From the IMG/VR virus record IMGVR_UViG_3300007539_000009, positions 96,001 through 160,000 of that record: a stretch of DNA of 64,000 nucleotides, one strand, 5' to 3'. Positions 62,545 through 64,000 of the stretch are shown piece after piece (within the stretch, counting starts at the first letter, position 1; the number at the start of each line of letters is the position of its first letter). The notes beneath the pieces were generated by a model that saw only the letters and a program-made list of their open reading frames with translations, was not told where the DNA came from and searched no databases. This stretch comes from a virus. Made by a program: the position numbers and the translations under genes.

Positions 62545-62819
62545 TCGACGGTGTGGTTGATAGTGATCGTCTTCTCGTCGTGGGGCCGCGCTTCAGACTT
62601 CGCCAGACCACGGCTGACGTTGTAGGAGACAACGACAGCTGTCACGCAGAGAAGTAGTGCAATCAGCAGCGCCGCCTGCGGCCATGTGACGTCGGACAAG
62701 AGCCCGTCCGGCCCTTGTAGCATCACGAGAATCGTAACGAAGATGCCGCCGCCTCCGGCTACACCTGCTGTCTTTGACAGAGCGAACTCACTACTGCATC
62801 CACCGGGTGTCGGTGCCAT
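62541..62819 (-). CDS. Two-TM membrane protein (holin-like)
   Basis: GGAG SD; two hydrophobic helices. Confidence 0.5.
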   Translation of the reverse strand: MAPTPGGCSSEFALSKTAGVAGGGGIFVTILVMLQGPDGLLSDVTWPQAALLIALLLCVTAVVVSYNVSRGLAKSEARPHDEKTITINHTVD

Positions 62820-62830
62820 AGGTCAACTCC

Positions 62831-62925
62831 AAAAAGAGGGTCTGCCTCAGTATGCAAGGCGGCCCCGCTGTCTCACGACAGTGGAACCGCCTACATGACC
62901 CCTACACCTCCTTTCGAGGCGGCAG
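62831..62925 (-). promoter_or_regulatory. Structured leader / attenuator-like RNA
   Basis: About 24-bp bulged hairpin with GUGA loop, followed by TCTTTTT; upstream GAAA hairpin. Confidence 0.5.
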
Positions 62926-62938
62926 GATCCCTCAGGGT

Positions 62939-63379
62939 CTAGGGAGCCAGCGCCTGCTGCACTACGCGCCGTACGAGCGTGGTGGTGCGTAGCGTGTACT
63001 CGCGAGCGAAAGGCTCTTCCACAGAGCTCTCGGGATCCCACGGGTAGTTCTCGACGGTCCACGCCTCGACCCGATCCAGCACCGGGTAGCCCAGTTCCTT
63101 GAACTGCAGGGCGGGGACAAACTCGCCGTTAGTGTCCATCAAGGCCAGCCACGCAGCAGACTCCGCAAGGAAGTCAGTGCGCTCATTCTCTGACAGGTCA
63201 GACCAGCTGCCGACGCCGTAGGCGCCAGACAAGTACGCGTCGTGGTCCTGCACAAGCACTACAACACCGGGACGAACGTCGTCAGCCGGCAGTTGAGCCG
63301 GAGGCACGGGCGAGGTACCGACGATGCCGCAGCCAGCTAGCAGGGCAGCGATGCCCAGAGTAAGCAGTCGTGTACGCAT
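62939..63379 (-). CDS. Lipoprotein
   Basis: MRTRLLTLGIAALLAGC lipobox. Confidence 0.75.
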   Translation of the reverse strand: MRTRLLTLGIAALLAGCGIVGTSPVPPAQLPADDVRPGVVVLVQDHDAYLSGAYGVGSWSDLSENERTDFLAESAAWLALMDTNGEFVPALQFKELGYPVLDRVEAWTVENYPWDPESSVEEPFAREYTLRTTTLVRRVVQQALAP

Positions 63380-63382
63380 AGA

Positions 63383-63685
63383 TCAGATCTTCAGAAGGAC
63401 TTTCGAGAGCAGCGCGACGCCCACATCAATGGTCGTCTCAAGAACACGCCAACCAGTCTTGGAAAGCTGGATGCGCTTCTCTGCTGCGAGCAGGCGCAGC
63501 TGCGCATGGATGTGCGCGAGAGCGTGCTTGTCATCCGTAAGCGCAGCCTTGGCCGCGTCTTTCGAGATGGTAGCGGCGAACTCCTGAAGGTCGCCCTCCA
63601 GGCCAGCGGCGAAGTCGCGCACTGAGTCGAGGATCTGCTCCTTGAGGAGCTCACCTACATCGATCTGAGAAGAGTTGTCAGCCAT
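63383..63685 (-). CDS. Hypothetical amphipathic helical protein
   Basis: 100 aa. Confidence 0.6.
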   Translation of the reverse strand: MADNSSQIDVGELLKEQILDSVRDFAAGLEGDLQEFAATISKDAAKAALTDDKHALAHIHAQLRLLAAEKRIQLSKTGWRVLETTIDVGVALLSKVLLKI

Positions 63686-63691
63686 GATGGT

Positions 63692-63982
63692 CTAGCCAGA
63701 GGAAAGCACCTTGCCCACTGCCCCGATGATAGCGGTCGCGATGGCCACCAGCCCGGTAATGAGCGCGATGCGTGTTTTAGTGTCGGATTCCTTACGTGCT
63801 CTGCGGTCGGACTCTACATCTTTCTTGATAGCTTCGAGTCCTGCAAACGCTTTCCTGAGCTCCTCTTCCACAAGGTACATGCGCGTAGACAGCGGTAGGT
63901 GGCCGTTCCCGTCCTGAACCACCCGCTTGAGTGTGCCTACTGTAGACGTCAGCACATCAAGCTGCTGCGTAATTAGGGCCAC
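63692..63982 (-). CDS. Coiled-coil protein with C-terminal TM helix (holin-like)
   Basis: IALITGLVAIATAIIGAVG; GTG start. Confidence 0.55.
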   Translation of the reverse strand: MALITQQLDVLTSTVGTLKRVVQDGNGHLPLSTRMYLVEEELRKAFAGLEAIKKDVESDRRARKESDTKTRIALITGLVAIATAIIGAVGKVLSSG

Positions 63983-64000
63983 TTCAGTGCGCCTGTTGCC

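Larger units (their letters stand above)
1..64000. mobile_element. Segment of a large contractile-tailed bacteriophage genome
   Basis: Baseplate J-like, gp25-like and fibre genes, tRNA array, tightly coupled small hypothetical ORFs with ATGA/TGATG overlaps, no host housekeeping genes. Confidence 0.93.

Noticed and set aside
62900-62925. c-di-GMP-I riboswitch (GAAA hairpin)
   Set aside because: Lacks the flanking GGCAAA and GACGCAAAG elements
1-64000. CRISPR array, integrase/prophage boundary, IS element, intein or group I/II intron
   Set aside because: No regularly spaced repeats, recombinase or transposase motifs, host genes, or intein/intron signatures seen by eye

Overview
This 64 kb window is a segment of a large, GC-rich (roughly 60% by eye) contractile-tailed (myovirus/jumbo-like) bacteriophage genome. 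No host housekeeping genes, integrase or CRISPR array are visible. Left arm (1.8-12 kb): densely coupled small minus-strand ORFs, including GroES, a dATP/dGTP diphosphohydrolase-like protein and a nonsense-disrupted DEDD exonuclease, punctuated by intrinsic terminators. Centre: tail/baseplate genes (a 3636-aa wedge/adhesin/beta-helix protein, baseplate J, gp25-like, several fibres), plus a plus-strand island (32.2-35.4 kb) with a lipidated outer-membrane beta-barrel gene and 8 tRNAs whose spacers are packed with hairpins. Right: an 8-gene glycosyltransferase/methyltransferase operon, a second extended GroES, two paralogous PcRGLX/YetA-like proteins, small basic K-x-A-motif proteins, a sialyltransferase/Maf-like gene and a lysis-like membrane cassette. 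Best leads: (1) the first domain missing from the 1098-aa lyase-like paralog is found at the C-terminus of the 3636-aa baseplate protein, about 33 kb away (possible split/docking system); (2) the glycosylation operon sits beside fibre proteins strongly enriched in Ser-Pro (possible virion glycosylation); (3) attenuator-like structured RNAs in the tRNA array and at 62.85 kb. Family assignments are by motif recognition only; no searches were run.
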